Positions 7,890 through 18,237 of a DNA stretch of 32,000 bases are shown piece after piece (within the stretch, counting starts at the first letter, position 1; every line of letters begins with the position of its first letter). The translations under genes were made by a program, and so were the position numbers. A model generated the notes under the pieces. That model was not told where the DNA came from. It did no database searches and saw only the letters and a list, made by a program, of their open reading frames with translations. Where the stretch lies: contig NC_006576.1 in NCBI RefSeq assembly GCF_000010065.1, positions 750,001 through 782,000 on the forward strand, read 5' to 3'. The stretch is from Synechococcus elongatus PCC 6301. GTDB taxonomy: Bacteria; Cyanobacteriota; Cyanobacteriia; Synechococcales; Synechococcaceae.

Positions 7890-10745
7890 CTAAGACTGTT
7901 TCACTTGAATTAGTTCTTGTAGGGTCTGGAGCAATTCTGGCTCGCGGAAAGGTTTGGTGAAGTAGGCGGCGGCTCCCAGATTGAGCGCTAAGCGCCGGTG
8001 CTTATCCCCGCTGCGTGAGGTCAACATAGCGATCGGTAGGTTTGCGCCAGCAACGATATTTTTGACTTGAGTCAGGAATCCATAACCATCCAACCGAGGC
8101 ATCTCCACATCACAAATGGCGGCTTCAACCTTTAAGCCATCTTTTAGTTTATCAATGGCTTCTTGGCCATCCTTAGCTTGTTCAACTCGATAGCCTGCTT
8201 TCTCTAAAATATTGGCTAAAAACCGTCTGACATTAATCGAGTCATCGATAATTAAGATGCTCTTCTGAGAGGGAAGTTGATAGGTTGCTGGCTGTATCGC
8301 TTTCAAGGAAAGACGACTAGGAACATTCGAATTCTGAATCCACTGCAAGAGCGAAAAGGTATCGACTAAAGGAACAATTCGCCCGTCACCCAGAATAGTG
8401 CAACTACTAAATCCCGGCGGCAAAGGAATCGTGCTATTTACTTGACGGATTGTAACCTCCTGTTCTCCCCAGTAGCGATCGACTTGAATGCCGACGAAAC
8501 TATTGCCCTGGTTAACAAGAAGAACAGTAGGCTGATTGATTGTCGGGACACCATCTAAACTAATGGGCGGGCAGGGCCGACTAAACTGAAACCACTGATC
8601 GAGCTGGAGCAGCGGAACCAGTATCTCATCGAGATTAAGAACTGTTTGACCAGCACTATTTAGAATCCAGCTTGGATTGAGTTCAATAATTTCCTCAATT
8701 ACATCAGTCGGGATGGCAACTAGAATATTGCTGACCTCGATGAGGAGAACCCGTGCAACCGAGAGAGAAAAAGGCACTGTAATCGTAAAAGTTGTGCCTT
8801 GGTTAGGTTTTGTTTCAATCTGGATATCTCCCCGAATCTGCTGAAGATTCGTGCGGACAACATCCATGCCAACCCCTCGGCCTGAGAGTTCGGTCACTTG
8901 CTCCGCAGTTGTAAATCCAGGCTCGAAAATCAAATCCAAAAGCTCGCGATCGCTGGCAGCTTCTAAGCTTGATTGATCTAGCCCCATCCGTTGGGCACGC
9001 TGGCGAATTTTCTGGAGATCAACGCCACACCCATCATCCCGAATTGTAATGACTGTTTGATTCCCTCGATAGGCTGCTGACACTTCGATGGTTGCTGTTG
9101 GGGATTTATCCCGAGATTGCCGCAGCTGAGGGGATTCAACACCATGGTCAAAGGCGCTGCGAACAAGGTGTAATAGCGGATCTGCTAGAAGCTCTAGAAT
9201 GGCGCGGTCAACTAGTGTATTCTCGCCGTTGATAATGAGCCGAACGTCTTTTCCATACTCTTGCCCTAGTTGGCGAATCATCCGAGGATAGCGATTGACC
9301 AAGTCAGCAAAGGGGCGCATTCTTACTTGGGTAAGGCGACCCTGCATCTGCTTCGCAGTTCGCCGCAAAGACTGTTCTGTCTGTTCCGTCTCTTCAAGGT
9401 TCGTTTCGATATCGCTAGTAATTTCTTGAATCTGAACAATGGTTTCCATCACGTCTTGGGAAACCAAATGCAGAGGGCTGTAGCGATCGAACTCCAAAAT
9501 ATCAAAGTTTTGGTGCCAAGAACTGCCGCCACTACCAACCAAACCGAAAGCTGTTGTTGCTGTCGCCGCGCGATCAGTCGTAGACCGTAACTCAAAGCTC
9601 GACTGCTCGAGTCGACGAACTTTTGTCTTGAGTGTTTGCAGAAGCTGCCGCATGCGCTTCAGTTGCAAACTGAGCCCATTCCGCTCAATATTCAATTCAC
9701 CAAACAATTCGCTCAGGTCTTCTAGTTGTTGAATCCCAACCCGTACAGTTCGTGCTTGGTTAATCTCTGACGTTAAATCTGTTGCATTTATTGGGGGATG
9801 AAGCGTTTGGGTTGTGATTGTCTCCGGCGTAAAGTCCAACTGACGAGCTTCAGCAACTGTCAAGCTGGACTGTATATTTTCCGAATTCCGAGTTGCTGTA
9901 ATTTGATTTTGGTGAATGACTTCCTTAGTTTGAGGGAAAGTTTCTGCTAAGCCAGAATTTGCTTCTAGAGTTATCCCCTCTGGAGACTGATCTTGAGCAA
10001 CAAATTGACTGGGCAGAGCATTGATTTGCTGGGTTAAAACGAGAGCCTGGCAATGTCTTAAGTCTTTAAGGATCTTGGTAGCGGTCGCCCTTAAATCAGT
10101 CGGCTGCTGTTCAAGAAGTTCAGCGATCGAGGTACAGAACTGACTGAACTGGGACAGTTCTAACATCTGCCCCAACCCCGCTAGCTCTTGGGCAACGATT
10201 GCAAATTCTTCCAATAAGCAGGGATGCTCTGGGGTTTGCAGCACCGACTCCAAACGTTGCAAGCACCCTTCAACCTCCGATTCAAACAGCAGCGATCGCA
10301 TATCATCGCCCGCTTCTTCCGAGAGCATTGCCAAATCAGCGTCAGGTTGAGGGTCCCCAAACTGCTCTCGGAGGACAGCAAATAAGGGTTGGACTTGACT
10401 CTCAAGCCATTGAGGTGAAGGGTCTGTCCCCTGGCGATTAACTTGCAGAACCTGATGGAGCCGATCAACTCCCTGAAGTAGCTGACGTTCTAGAGACTGG
10501 TCAAAGTTTTTGCCGCTGCGCATCACCTTAAAGAAGTCTTCAAGTTGATGCGCTAGTTCGCTGAGGGTGTTGAAGCCCATCATGGCCGCACCACCCTTGA
10601 TTGAATGGGCGGCCCGGAGGATGAGATCAACTTGCGATCGGCGATCGCTCGCTTGGCTTAAATCGACCAGTTCCTTTTCAATCGTGCCAAGGTATTCTTC
10701 AGCTTCTTCCAGAAATTGCAGTCGAAATAATCGCCTGAGGATCAC
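7890..10745 (-). CDS. pixL: Hybrid CheA-type histidine kinase (Hpt, Hpt-like, dimerisation, HATPase, CheW, REC); PixL/TaxAY-like
   Basis: GTG start at 10743-10745, 9 nt after the pixJ stop, with an in-frame TGA immediately upstream. The Hpt motif is LRAAHSIKGGAAMMGF, with the His47 codon at 10605-10607. ATP-lid motifs are IRDDGCGVD and GRGVGMDVV. A CheW-like segment follows. The C-terminal receiver is ILIIDDS...ICDVEMPRLDG...KPF. Confidence 0.9.
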   Translation of the reverse strand: MILRRLFRLQFLEEAEEYLGTIEKELVDLSQASDRRSQVDLILRAAHSIKGGAAMMGFNTLSELAHQLEDFFKVMRSGKNFDQSLERQLLQGVDRLHQVLQVNRQGTDPSPQWLESQVQPLFAVLREQFGDPQPDADLAMLSEEAGDDMRSLLFESEVEGCLQRLESVLQTPEHPCLLEEFAIVAQELAGLGQMLELSQFSQFCTSIAELLEQQPTDLRATATKILKDLRHCQALVLTQQINALPSQFVAQDQSPEGITLEANSGLAETFPQTKEVIHQNQITATRNSENIQSSLTVAEARQLDFTPETITTQTLHPPINATDLTSEINQARTVRVGIQQLEDLSELFGELNIERNGLSLQLKRMRQLLQTLKTKVRRLEQSSFELRSTTDRAATATTAFGLVGSGGSSWHQNFDILEFDRYSPLHLVSQDVMETIVQIQEITSDIETNLEETEQTEQSLRRTAKQMQGRLTQVRMRPFADLVNRYPRMIRQLGQEYGKDVRLIINGENTLVDRAILELLADPLLHLVRSAFDHGVESPQLRQSRDKSPTATIEVSAAYRGNQTVITIRDDGCGVDLQKIRQRAQRMGLDQSSLEAASDRELLDLIFEPGFTTAEQVTELSGRGVGMDVVRTNLQQIRGDIQIETKPNQGTTFTITVPFSLSVARVLLIEVSNILVAIPTDVIEEIIELNPSWILNSAGQTVLNLDEILVPLLQLDQWFQFSRPCPPISLDGVPTINQPTVLLVNQGNSFVGIQVDRYWGEQEVTIRQVNSTIPLPPGFSSCTILGDGRIVPLVDTFSLLQWIQNSNVPSRLSLKAIQPATYQLPSQKSILIIDDSINVRRFLANILEKAGYRVEQAKDGQEAIDKLKDGLKVEAAICDVEMPRLDGYGFLTQVKNIVAGANLPIAMLTSRSGDKHRRLALNLGAAAYFTKPFREPELLQTLQELIQVKQS

Positions 10746-10753
10746 TCATTGTT

Positions 10754-13700
10754 CTATTCCTCAGCTCCGACTCTAAAGGTGTCAACGGAGGATTTAAGTT
10801 TCTGAGCGACAGCCACAGTAGCCTGTAGTGAAGCGGAAATGTGACGGGAGGTGTCTGAAATTTCCTCTGAGAAACCGGCCATCTCCTCCATGAGGTTAGT
10901 CACAACATTAGAGGTCTGAGACTGGCTGACGGTTGCTTGCGAGATTGCCTGTACAAGTTGGTCAATCTGTTGGGAAACCTGCACGATTTCTTCAAGGCTT
11001 TTCTTAGTCGCCTCGACCAGCTGTGTTCCCTCGACTACTTGGCTGGTACCTGTTTCCATAGCCGTAACCACCTCATTCGTTTCTTGCTGAATCGTTTCAA
11101 CAATCTGCTCAATTTCCTTGGTAGCGTTAGCGGACCGTGTTGCTAACTGGCCAACCTCTTCTGCAACGACTGCAAAGCCACGACCTTCTTCACCAGCTCG
11201 TGCCGCCTCAATACTGGCATTAATTGCAAGTAGATTTGTTTGCAGAGCAATTTGGTTAATCAACGAGATCACTTTTGAGATCTGTTGAGAAGATTCACCG
11301 AGCCGCTTCACCTTCTTAGCAGTTTCAGCAACAGTTTCGCGTAGATGAAGAATACTGCGAACAGTCTCATCCATTGTTTGACCACTACTGATAGCTGTTT
11401 GCGATGATTTGCGTGCAACTTCAGCAGCTTGGTTTGCTGTGTTCGAGACATCAAGAATTGATTTCGACATCTCAGCAACAGCATTTAGGGTCTTTTTAAT
11501 CTTTTCTGCCTGACTTTGGGAGTCTGCTGCTAGTCGTTGCATCGAGTTAGCATCGCTATCCAGAGAAGTATTCACCTTCTGAGTGGAGGCTTTTACTTGG
11601 ACTACGACGGCTCGCAAACTTTCAATCAGAGAGTTGAAAATATCAGCAACTGTACTAATTTCACCGGCTGAGATGTCAGCACGAACAGTGAGATCACCTC
11701 GTGATGCATCTTCGACATCACTGAGAAGTTGAATCAGTTCGGCTTGAATCGCTTCGGTCCGTTGCTGTTGCTCTTGTGCCAGTTGCTCAGCGCGATCGCG
11801 TGCTGTTTCAGCTTGCTGTAGAAAATCTGCACGCGCTAAGGCTAAGCCAATTTGCGTGGCGAGTTGGCTAAACAAATCAATTTCAGATTGCTGCCAATCT
11901 CGTGCTCCTGAACATTGGTGAGCAACAAACAGGGCAATCAGTTTTTTCTCAACCACAATCGGGGCCACCAGATTGGCCTTGACTGCCAAAGGCTCCAATT
12001 GCTTGAGATGGCATTCCGTAAATCCAGCATTGTAAATATCAGGAGTCGCCTGAATGCGGCCTGCAGCATAGGCATCTACCCAATCCCGTCTGAAGCAGGG
12101 GTCATCGATCGTGATACTCAGTGCTGAGGGCCAGCCATATTCAACTGACTCTGCAATCACAGTACCTGACCAAGTTTCATCGAAGGCATAGACCACAACG
12201 CGATCGGTAGCGAGCGCACGGCGAGTCTCTTTCACTGCAGTTTGAAGCACATCTTCAGGATTAGCTTGCGCAACTAATCTGGAGGTAATTTCGCGGATTT
12301 GCTCTGCCCGTTTTGCCTCTGTAACCTGTTGCTCAAGGAAACGGGCGCGGGTAATTGCCAACCCTAGTTGCGTTGCTAGCTGACTAAACAGATCAATCTC
12401 AGATCGCTGCCAGTTACGTGGCCCTGAACATTGATGAGCAACAAACAAAGCAATTAGTTTTTTCTCAACCACAATTGGGGCAACCAGATTGGCTTTGACT
12501 GCCAAGGGCTCCAGTTGTTTGAGATGGCATTCTGTGAGGCCTGCATTGTAGATGTCTGGAGTCGCTTGAATTCGACCTGCAGCATAGGCATCCACCCAAT
12601 CGCGTCGGAAGCAAGGGTCATCAATCGTGACATTGAGGGCAGAAGGCCAAGAAGGGTTAACCGACTCAGCGGTTACTGTACCAGCCCAAGTACTGTCAAA
12701 TTCGTAGACAACAACGCGATCAGTATCGAGTGCACGACGAGTCGCGTGTACCGCTAGTTGCAAGACACTTGCAACGTTTGTAGGAGAAACGAGCTGTGAG
12801 GTGATGTCTCGAACTAGTTTGGCACGGTTGACCTCTGACACTTGTTGCTCAAGGAAACGAGCCCGAGTCGTTGCCAAACCAACTTGTGTCGCGAGCTGAC
12901 TAAAGAGATCAATTTCAGACTGTTGCCAATTGCGTGGGCCGGAACATTGATGCGCGATGAATAAGGCAATCAGTTTTTTCTCAACCACAATGGGCGCAAC
13001 CAGATTGGCTTTGACCGCCAAGGGCTCCAGTTGCTGAATATGACATTCGGTTAGGCCTGCATTATAAATATCTGCTGTCGCCTGAACGCGTCCAGCCGCG
13101 TAGGCTTCAACCCAATCTCTACGGAAGCAGGGGTCATCAATGACAACGTTGAGGGCCGCTGGCCAATTAGAGTCGCTCGACTCAGCAACGATCTTGCCAC
13201 TCCAATTCTCATCAAATTCATAGACCACAACGCGATCGGCCTTGATTGCACGGCGGGTCTCTTGAACAGCTGTTCTGAGCACGCTCTTAACATCAGCTTG
13301 AGCAACTAACTCTGATGTAATTGACCGCACAAGTTTGGCCCGATTGGCTTCAGCAATTTGCTGTTCTAAGAAGCGCGCGCGGGTCATTGCCAAACCGACC
13401 TGTGTGGCTATTTGGGCGAACAGATCGATTTCAGATTGCTGCCAGTCTCTTGGGCCTGAGCATTGGTGGGCAATAAACAGAGCGATTAGTCTTTTCTCGA
13501 CCACAATGGGCGCAACCAGATTGGCTTTGACCGCCAAGGGCTCCAGTTGCTGAATATGACATTCGGTTAGGCCTGCATTATAAATATCTGCTGTCGCCTG
13601 AACGCGTCCAGCCGCATAGGCTTCAACCCAGTCCCGACGAAAACAGGGGTCGTCAATGACAACATTGAGTCCTGATGGCCAATTGGGGTCGCCAGACTCC

Positions 13701-14974
13701 GCAATAATTTTGCCGCTCCACTTCTCATCGAATTCATAAACGATGACGCGGTCGGCTTCGAGAGCCCTCCGAGTTTCTTGGACAGCTGTTCTCAGCACCC
13801 CCTCAACATCAGCCTGAGCCACCAGCTCTGTGGTGATGGTTCGCACAAGCTTAGCGCGTTCTGCTTCAATCACCTGCTGCTCTAGGAACAGCGCGCGCGT
13901 CATAGCTAAGCCAACTTGTGTGGCAAGCTGAGTCATGAGATCAACTTCTAACTGCTTCCACTGGTACGGCCCAGAGCATTGGTGAGCAATGAATAGACCA
14001 ATCAGTCGTCTCTCAACAATGATCGGGGTAACTAGGTTGGCACGAACTGCAATCGGCTCCAGTTGCTTGATATGGCATTCAGTTAAATTCGCATCATAAA
14101 TATCAGCTGTGACCTGAACCCGACCCGCTGCGTAGGCCGCTACCCAATCTTTGCGGAAACAAGGATCATCAATGGTTACCTGCAGAGCTTGGGGCCATCC
14201 TGGATCAACCGACTCAGCGATGATCGTTCCAGCCCAAGTCTCATCAAACTTGTAGACAACCACGCGATCACATCCGATCGCAGCGCGAGCCTCTTGGACT
14301 GCGACATTCAGAACGTCAGTCACATTGGCTTGAGAAATCAGCCGCAGCGTAATTTCACGGACCAGCTGATTGACCCGAACTGTTTCTGAGCGTTGTTGCT
14401 CCCGACTGACCTCTGCAGTTGCTAAGGCTGTTTGAATTTGACTGGCAGCGTGGTTAATTTCTTGCCCTAAAACGGCAATCTCATCGTCACCATCCTCGGC
14501 AACGGCAACATTCACATCCCCTTGACTGAGCTTTTCAAGAGCTGCGATCGCAGCTTGCAAGCGTCGGCTACTGCGGTTGGCCAAAGCAGCTGCAATTATG
14601 CCGACCGCCACGGCTGATAAGCCGGTACCCCAGAGCAGAGTCAGGAAAAGACTGCGTTTGAGCTGGTCGGCTTCCACCTGCGCTGTTGGACTGCTGCTTG
14701 TTTCGGTCATCTCGGTAATTGACCGGTTGACGAGGTTATGAACGGTGACTCCTACCCCTAGGACAGGCAGGACACCCATAGCAATCGCTAGCAGGGTCAA
14801 CTTGAGCTTGAGTCCCGTGCGCGCTGGTTTGTTAGCTGGGCCAGAGAGAGAACTCGTTTCAACCGAAGTGAATGACGTCACCTGATCAGCACCGTTTAGT
14901 TTTGGGGTCAGCGCTTCAGTCGTTTGATTGTTGATGGAAGCGGGGGTGCTTTCAGGGCGTTGGGTGGTGGACAT
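10754..14974 (-). CDS. pixJ: Methyl-accepting chemotaxis-type photoreceptor: 2 TM, HAMP, five DXCF cyanobacteriochrome GAF domains and an MCP signalling domain; PixJ-like
   Basis: 1406 aa with ATG at 14972-14974. Two hydrophobic spans lie at about aa 57-79 and 108-132, followed by a HAMP-like linker. There are five repeats, each with DDPCF and, 28 residues later, TECH (the canonical bilin Cys-His). The conserved MCP hairpin is [34 protein letters not shown]. Confidence 0.92.
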   Translation of the reverse strand: MSTTQRPESTPASINNQTTEALTPKLNGADQVTSFTSVETSSLSGPANKPARTGLKLKLTLLAIAMGVLPVLGVGVTVHNLVNRSITEMTETSSSPTAQVEADQLKRSLFLTLLWGTGLSAVAVGIIAAALANRSSRRLQAAIAALEKLSQGDVNVAVAEDGDDEIAVLGQEINHAASQIQTALATAEVSREQQRSETVRVNQLVREITLRLISQANVTDVLNVAVQEARAAIGCDRVVVYKFDETWAGTIIAESVDPGWPQALQVTIDDPCFRKDWVAAYAAGRVQVTADIYDANLTECHIKQLEPIAVRANLVTPIIVERRLIGLFIAHQCSGPYQWKQLEVDLMTQLATQVGLAMTRALFLEQQVIEAERAKLVRTITTELVAQADVEGVLRTAVQETRRALEADRVIVYEFDEKWSGKIIAESGDPNWPSGLNVVIDDPCFRRDWVEAYAAGRVQATADIYNAGLTECHIQQLEPLAVKANLVAPIVVEKRLIALFIAHQCSGPRDWQQSEIDLFAQIATQVGLAMTRARFLEQQIAEANRAKLVRSITSELVAQADVKSVLRTAVQETRRAIKADRVVVYEFDENWSGKIVAESSDSNWPAALNVVIDDPCFRRDWVEAYAAGRVQATADIYNAGLTECHIQQLEPLAVKANLVAPIVVEKKLIALFIAHQCSGPRNWQQSEIDLFSQLATQVGLATTRARFLEQQVSEVNRAKLVRDITSQLVSPTNVASVLQLAVHATRRALDTDRVVVYEFDSTWAGTVTAESVNPSWPSALNVTIDDPCFRRDWVDAYAAGRIQATPDIYNAGLTECHLKQLEPLAVKANLVAPIVVEKKLIALFVAHQCSGPRNWQRSEIDLFSQLATQLGLAITRARFLEQQVTEAKRAEQIREITSRLVAQANPEDVLQTAVKETRRALATDRVVVYAFDETWSGTVIAESVEYGWPSALSITIDDPCFRRDWVDAYAAGRIQATPDIYNAGFTECHLKQLEPLAVKANLVAPIVVEKKLIALFVAHQCSGARDWQQSEIDLFSQLATQIGLALARADFLQQAETARDRAEQLAQEQQQRTEAIQAELIQLLSDVEDASRGDLTVRADISAGEISTVADIFNSLIESLRAVVVQVKASTQKVNTSLDSDANSMQRLAADSQSQAEKIKKTLNAVAEMSKSILDVSNTANQAAEVARKSSQTAISSGQTMDETVRSILHLRETVAETAKKVKRLGESSQQISKVISLINQIALQTNLLAINASIEAARAGEEGRGFAVVAEEVGQLATRSANATKEIEQIVETIQQETNEVVTAMETGTSQVVEGTQLVEATKKSLEEIVQVSQQIDQLVQAISQATVSQSQTSNVVTNLMEEMAGFSEEISDTSRHISASLQATVAVAQKLKSSVDTFRVGAEE
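11807..14389 (-). repeat. Five in-frame tandem repeats of 516 nt (172 aa), each encoding one GAF domain inside pixJ
   Basis: The DXCF Cys codons lie at 14159-14161, 13643-13645, 13127-13129, 12611-12613 and 12095-12097, giving a constant spacing of exactly 516 nt. Block 12984-13099 is identical base for base to 13500-13615. Confidence 0.9.
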
Positions 14975-15045
14975 AGCGAGTCAGGTCCTGAGGAGTGAAG
15001 TAGAAAAGCCAAAGGGCTAACAATCAAGCAAAGCGAGAGGAAGGC

Positions 15046-15558
15046 TTAAATAGCGTGGGGCTGCAGGCTCTTGGCATGGGCGATCGCAGCAGCATCTAAG
15101 ACCAACAACAACTCTTGATCTTGGAGGTAGCAGCCTCGCAAGAAAGGCACCAAGGAGGCATCCACGGAGCCGACAGGAGATTGGATATCGCTGGGATTAA
15201 GCCGGCTCAGCCCTTCAATTTGTTGAATGGCTAACCCCAGTAATTGGCCCGCTACTTGGATGACGACAACAGCGTATTGCCGTAAATCCAGCATCAGCAT
15301 GGGTAACCCCAGCAACTGCGGTAGATCGATGACCCAAATCACGCGGTTGCGGTGATTGAGTAAACCCAAGATAGTGCCGGGCATGTTGGGCATCAAGGTT
15401 AACTGTTGATGAGTGACCATCACGACTTCTTGAGCCTCAACCGTCGGAATCACCGCGATCGTAGTATCACTCAACCTGAGCTTTAAAAAAGACTGAGTGG
15501 TTTGATCAGCAGCTCCAGTATTTGTTAATTCAAAGGAGAGAGAACTATTCATAGCCAC
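15046..15558 (-). CDS. pixI: CheW-like coupling protein, PixI-like
   Basis: 170 aa, consisting of a single CheW domain (FLKLRLSDTTIAVIPTVEAQEVVMV...GLLNHRNRVIWVIDL...YAVVVIQV). The track start is GTG 15558, and ATG 15550-15552 lies two codons in, so either could be the start. Confidence 0.85.
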   Translation of the reverse strand: MAMNSSLSFELTNTGAADQTTQSFLKLRLSDTTIAVIPTVEAQEVVMVTHQQLTLMPNMPGTILGLLNHRNRVIWVIDLPQLLGLPMLMLDLRQYAVVVIQVAGQLLGLAIQQIEGLSRLNPSDIQSPVGSVDASLVPFLRGCYLQDQELLLVLDAAAIAHAKSLQPHAI

Positions 15559-15571
15559 CTATAGACCTCGG

Positions 15572-15934
15572 CTAGAAGTCAACTGAGCGAACAGCCTTTA
15601 CTAAATCTTCCTGTTGGAAAGGCTTAATGACGTAAGCATCAGCCCCCTGTTTCATCGCCCAGAGGCGATCAATCTCTTGATTTTTGGAACTGCAGACAAT
15701 GACAGGTAGCTTTTCTGTCTCGGGATTTTTCTTGAGGCTCCGGCACAATTCAAAGCCACTCATGCCAGGCATGACCACATCAGTCACAACAACATCAGGC
15801 TTAAACTGGCTCACCTTGTTCAGTGCTTCTTTGGCATCAGCAGCCCCGATGACTGTGTAACCGCTATTTCGCAAGTAGGTGGTGATTAGCTCCATTTCAG
15901 AAGCGGTGTCTTCTACAACAAGTACTGTACTCAT
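15572..15934 (-). CDS. pixH: Single-domain CheY-like response regulator, PixH-like
   Basis: 120 aa with an ATG start. Receiver motifs are VLVVEDT, PDVVVTDVVMPGMSG, VIVCSSK and YVIKPF. Confidence 0.9.
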   Translation of the reverse strand: MSTVLVVEDTASEMELITTYLRNSGYTVIGAADAKEALNKVSQFKPDVVVTDVVMPGMSGFELCRSLKKNPETEKLPVIVCSSKNQEIDRLWAMKQGADAYVIKPFQQEDLVKAVRSVDF

Positions 15935-15978
15935 GAGCTGCTTAACCTTCGTGAGAGCGCAGATGGAAGAAACAAAGA

Positions 15979-17238
15979 CTAAAACTGCTTGTGCAAATGC
16001 TGATTAACGATGTTGAGTAATCCCTCCTGAGTGAAGGGTTTGGTGAGGTAGTCAGTCGCGCCGGACATCTTTGCCTTAGCGCGATCGATCAAGCCGGTAT
16101 TACCCGTAACCATGATGATCGGAGTCGTTTTGAAGTTGGGATGGTTACGGACAACTTTGCAGAATTTATAACCATCAACGTTTGGCATTCCTACATCTAG
16201 CAAAATCAGATCTGGCTCAATACGCATGACTTCCATGAGAGCTTTCACAGAATCAATAATCGTGATTACCTCAAACCGATCTTCATCTAGAAATCGGCGT
16301 AGCTCGCTCAAGATGATCGGGCTGTCGTCAATACAAACAATTTTGACTGGACGAGCAGTTGCCGAAGGAGAAGAAGTTAAATTGTTCGAAGTATCTACCG
16401 GACCAGCGATCGCAGTATTGCCAGAAATTAAATCGCTTCTCAAAAGGGGCGGTAGTTTATCAAATGGCGGTTGTGGCTCTCTAAAAAAAACTACGCCTTC
16501 TTGAATATAAGGATCAAGACTGCGCATCAACTTGATCTCATCTTGATGAATGAGTGCAGCCAAATGACGCAGACTGTACCCCTTCAGTAAATTTCCCAGC
16601 TTTTGAAGCTTCTCAGGACTAAACTTATTGTTACTCGTACTTTGACTAAAGAGATAGGGGCTCTGAAAAGGCGAGTAGACCTTCTCAGAAAGCCCCGACC
16701 ATTCTCTTAATCGTTGAAACGTCTCATCTAGGAGAGGGAAAACTGTAAATTCAGTCAAAATTGGCAGCGAGGGATCTAGAGCTAGAAATCTGTGACTCGC
16801 AGTTTGAAGACTCAGAAAAGACTCTAAGGTCTCTTTGATCAGATTTTTGATCAAGAGATCTGTTTGAAACTGGTTGATAAATCCTTCAGATCTCAACCAA
16901 GACAATGCTTGATAAACAGCAGTTGAATTAGACCCTTCTTGTTTTTCAAATAGGGATCGTATCTGCTGGCGAATAGGACGATCAATATTCGGGATCTCAG
17001 CACTAAAAGCCTTAAGATTCCGTTCCAAGCAATCGAAGGGATCGATGGAGGTTATGCCATAGAAAAGATTGCCGTTATGCAGGTAAAATATCCAGCTGAC
17101 ATCTTGACTCAAAATAGTTAAGCAACCACTTGCTCTAGACTCAGCTAGCTGACTAAGCAAGTTTGCTGGGCTGAGTGCTGCTGTTGATCGATCTGCGGCA
17201 GAGTACACCATCAACTGCATTCCACAAAATCTACTCAT
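15979..17238 (-). CDS. pixG: PatA-type response regulator (N-terminal PATAN domain plus C-terminal REC), PixG-like
   Basis: 419 aa with ATG at 17236-17238. The N-terminal region of about 280 aa (SGCLTILSQDVSWIFYLHNGNLFYG...) resembles a PATAN domain. The C-terminal receiver is VKIVCIDDSP...PDLILLDVGMPNVDG...IIMVTG...YLTKPF. It is the first gene of the minus-strand operon. Confidence 0.85.
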   Translation of the reverse strand: MSRFCGMQLMVYSAADRSTAALSPANLLSQLAESRASGCLTILSQDVSWIFYLHNGNLFYGITSIDPFDCLERNLKAFSAEIPNIDRPIRQQIRSLFEKQEGSNSTAVYQALSWLRSEGFINQFQTDLLIKNLIKETLESFLSLQTASHRFLALDPSLPILTEFTVFPLLDETFQRLREWSGLSEKVYSPFQSPYLFSQSTSNNKFSPEKLQKLGNLLKGYSLRHLAALIHQDEIKLMRSLDPYIQEGVVFFREPQPPFDKLPPLLRSDLISGNTAIAGPVDTSNNLTSSPSATARPVKIVCIDDSPIILSELRRFLDEDRFEVITIIDSVKALMEVMRIEPDLILLDVGMPNVDGYKFCKVVRNHPNFKTTPIIMVTGNTGLIDRAKAKMSGATDYLTKPFTQEGLLNIVNQHLHKQF

Positions 17239-18237
17239 TCATGGGCGGTATTACCTGAATCCCCTAGAAGTCCATAAGCATTCTTAGGGAAAGCAACTTC
17301 GTGTCGGACTAGTACCTATTCGAAGATTAAGGCCAAGTTAAATTCAGGCTTTCTCCATCTTAAAGCAATTTTACAATTTCTAAGGATTCTTCATGGTGGA
17401 TCTTTGGAGCCCAATTTTCGATAAGTAAATATGCTGCCAGTCACTGGAGTGGATGAATTTTTTATTGCCAAAAACTGATTAAATTTTCAAAGCGCCAAGA
17501 TTACATCAATTGCTTCTCAATGGGCTTTTCCATTGATTCATTGCTACATTTTTGGATGGAGCATTGAGCAATTTAAATCGATAGCTGTAGGAAGCAGATC
17601 CTTGAAGAAAAGTGAAGAGGATAGCATTTCGCTAATGGCTCTCCAAACCTGTCCTAGTGATTCAACGGAGTTGGAAGGGCTCTTGCTCACGTCTTTGTTG
17701 AAACTTGCTAATCCCATCGGCTCTCCAGAAGTACTTGAAATCTGAGAGGTGCAGAGAGGTAATCAAGGACTGAGCTGACAACACGGGCAAATTAAGATCC
17801 TTACCCCATGATTTTCCACTGGGGCAAACGGCGCTCTCGGTCATCGCCCCAACAACTTTAAAAACGGCTTCTCAAGCAGCATTTACAATCGTTTTACGAT
17901 TTTTAATTTGGCTGGAATGTAGCTTTGAGGCTGTGCTGAAACAAGCAGATGAAACAAGCAATTGCTCAAGCTCAGGAAAGCCTATCGCCAAACAAGACAA
18001 GTGAAACCGATGAAAGGACCTGCTTCCCTGCACAGCTTATCCATTGTCTGTGCGATCGCCCTCAAACGGCAGCGACGCTGATTATTGACAATGATTTTGG
18101 GGTCAGCAATCCAGATGAGCAGGAGGATTATTCCTTCTGTACTACTTGAATGGTTGGCGATTGCCGAGCCTATCGCTCCAGATCTCGCTCAACTAAGAAT
18201 CGTCAATTACGATACTTGGCTCAGTTTTCATATTTCT

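Noticed and set aside
16483-16490. An A8/T8 homopolymer inside pixG (codons for VFFR) as a possible slipped-strand phase-variation switch.
   Set aside because: pixG is about 35-40% GC, so an 8-nt A/T run is unremarkable by chance. The frame is intact here, and there is no second tract or other contingency-locus feature.
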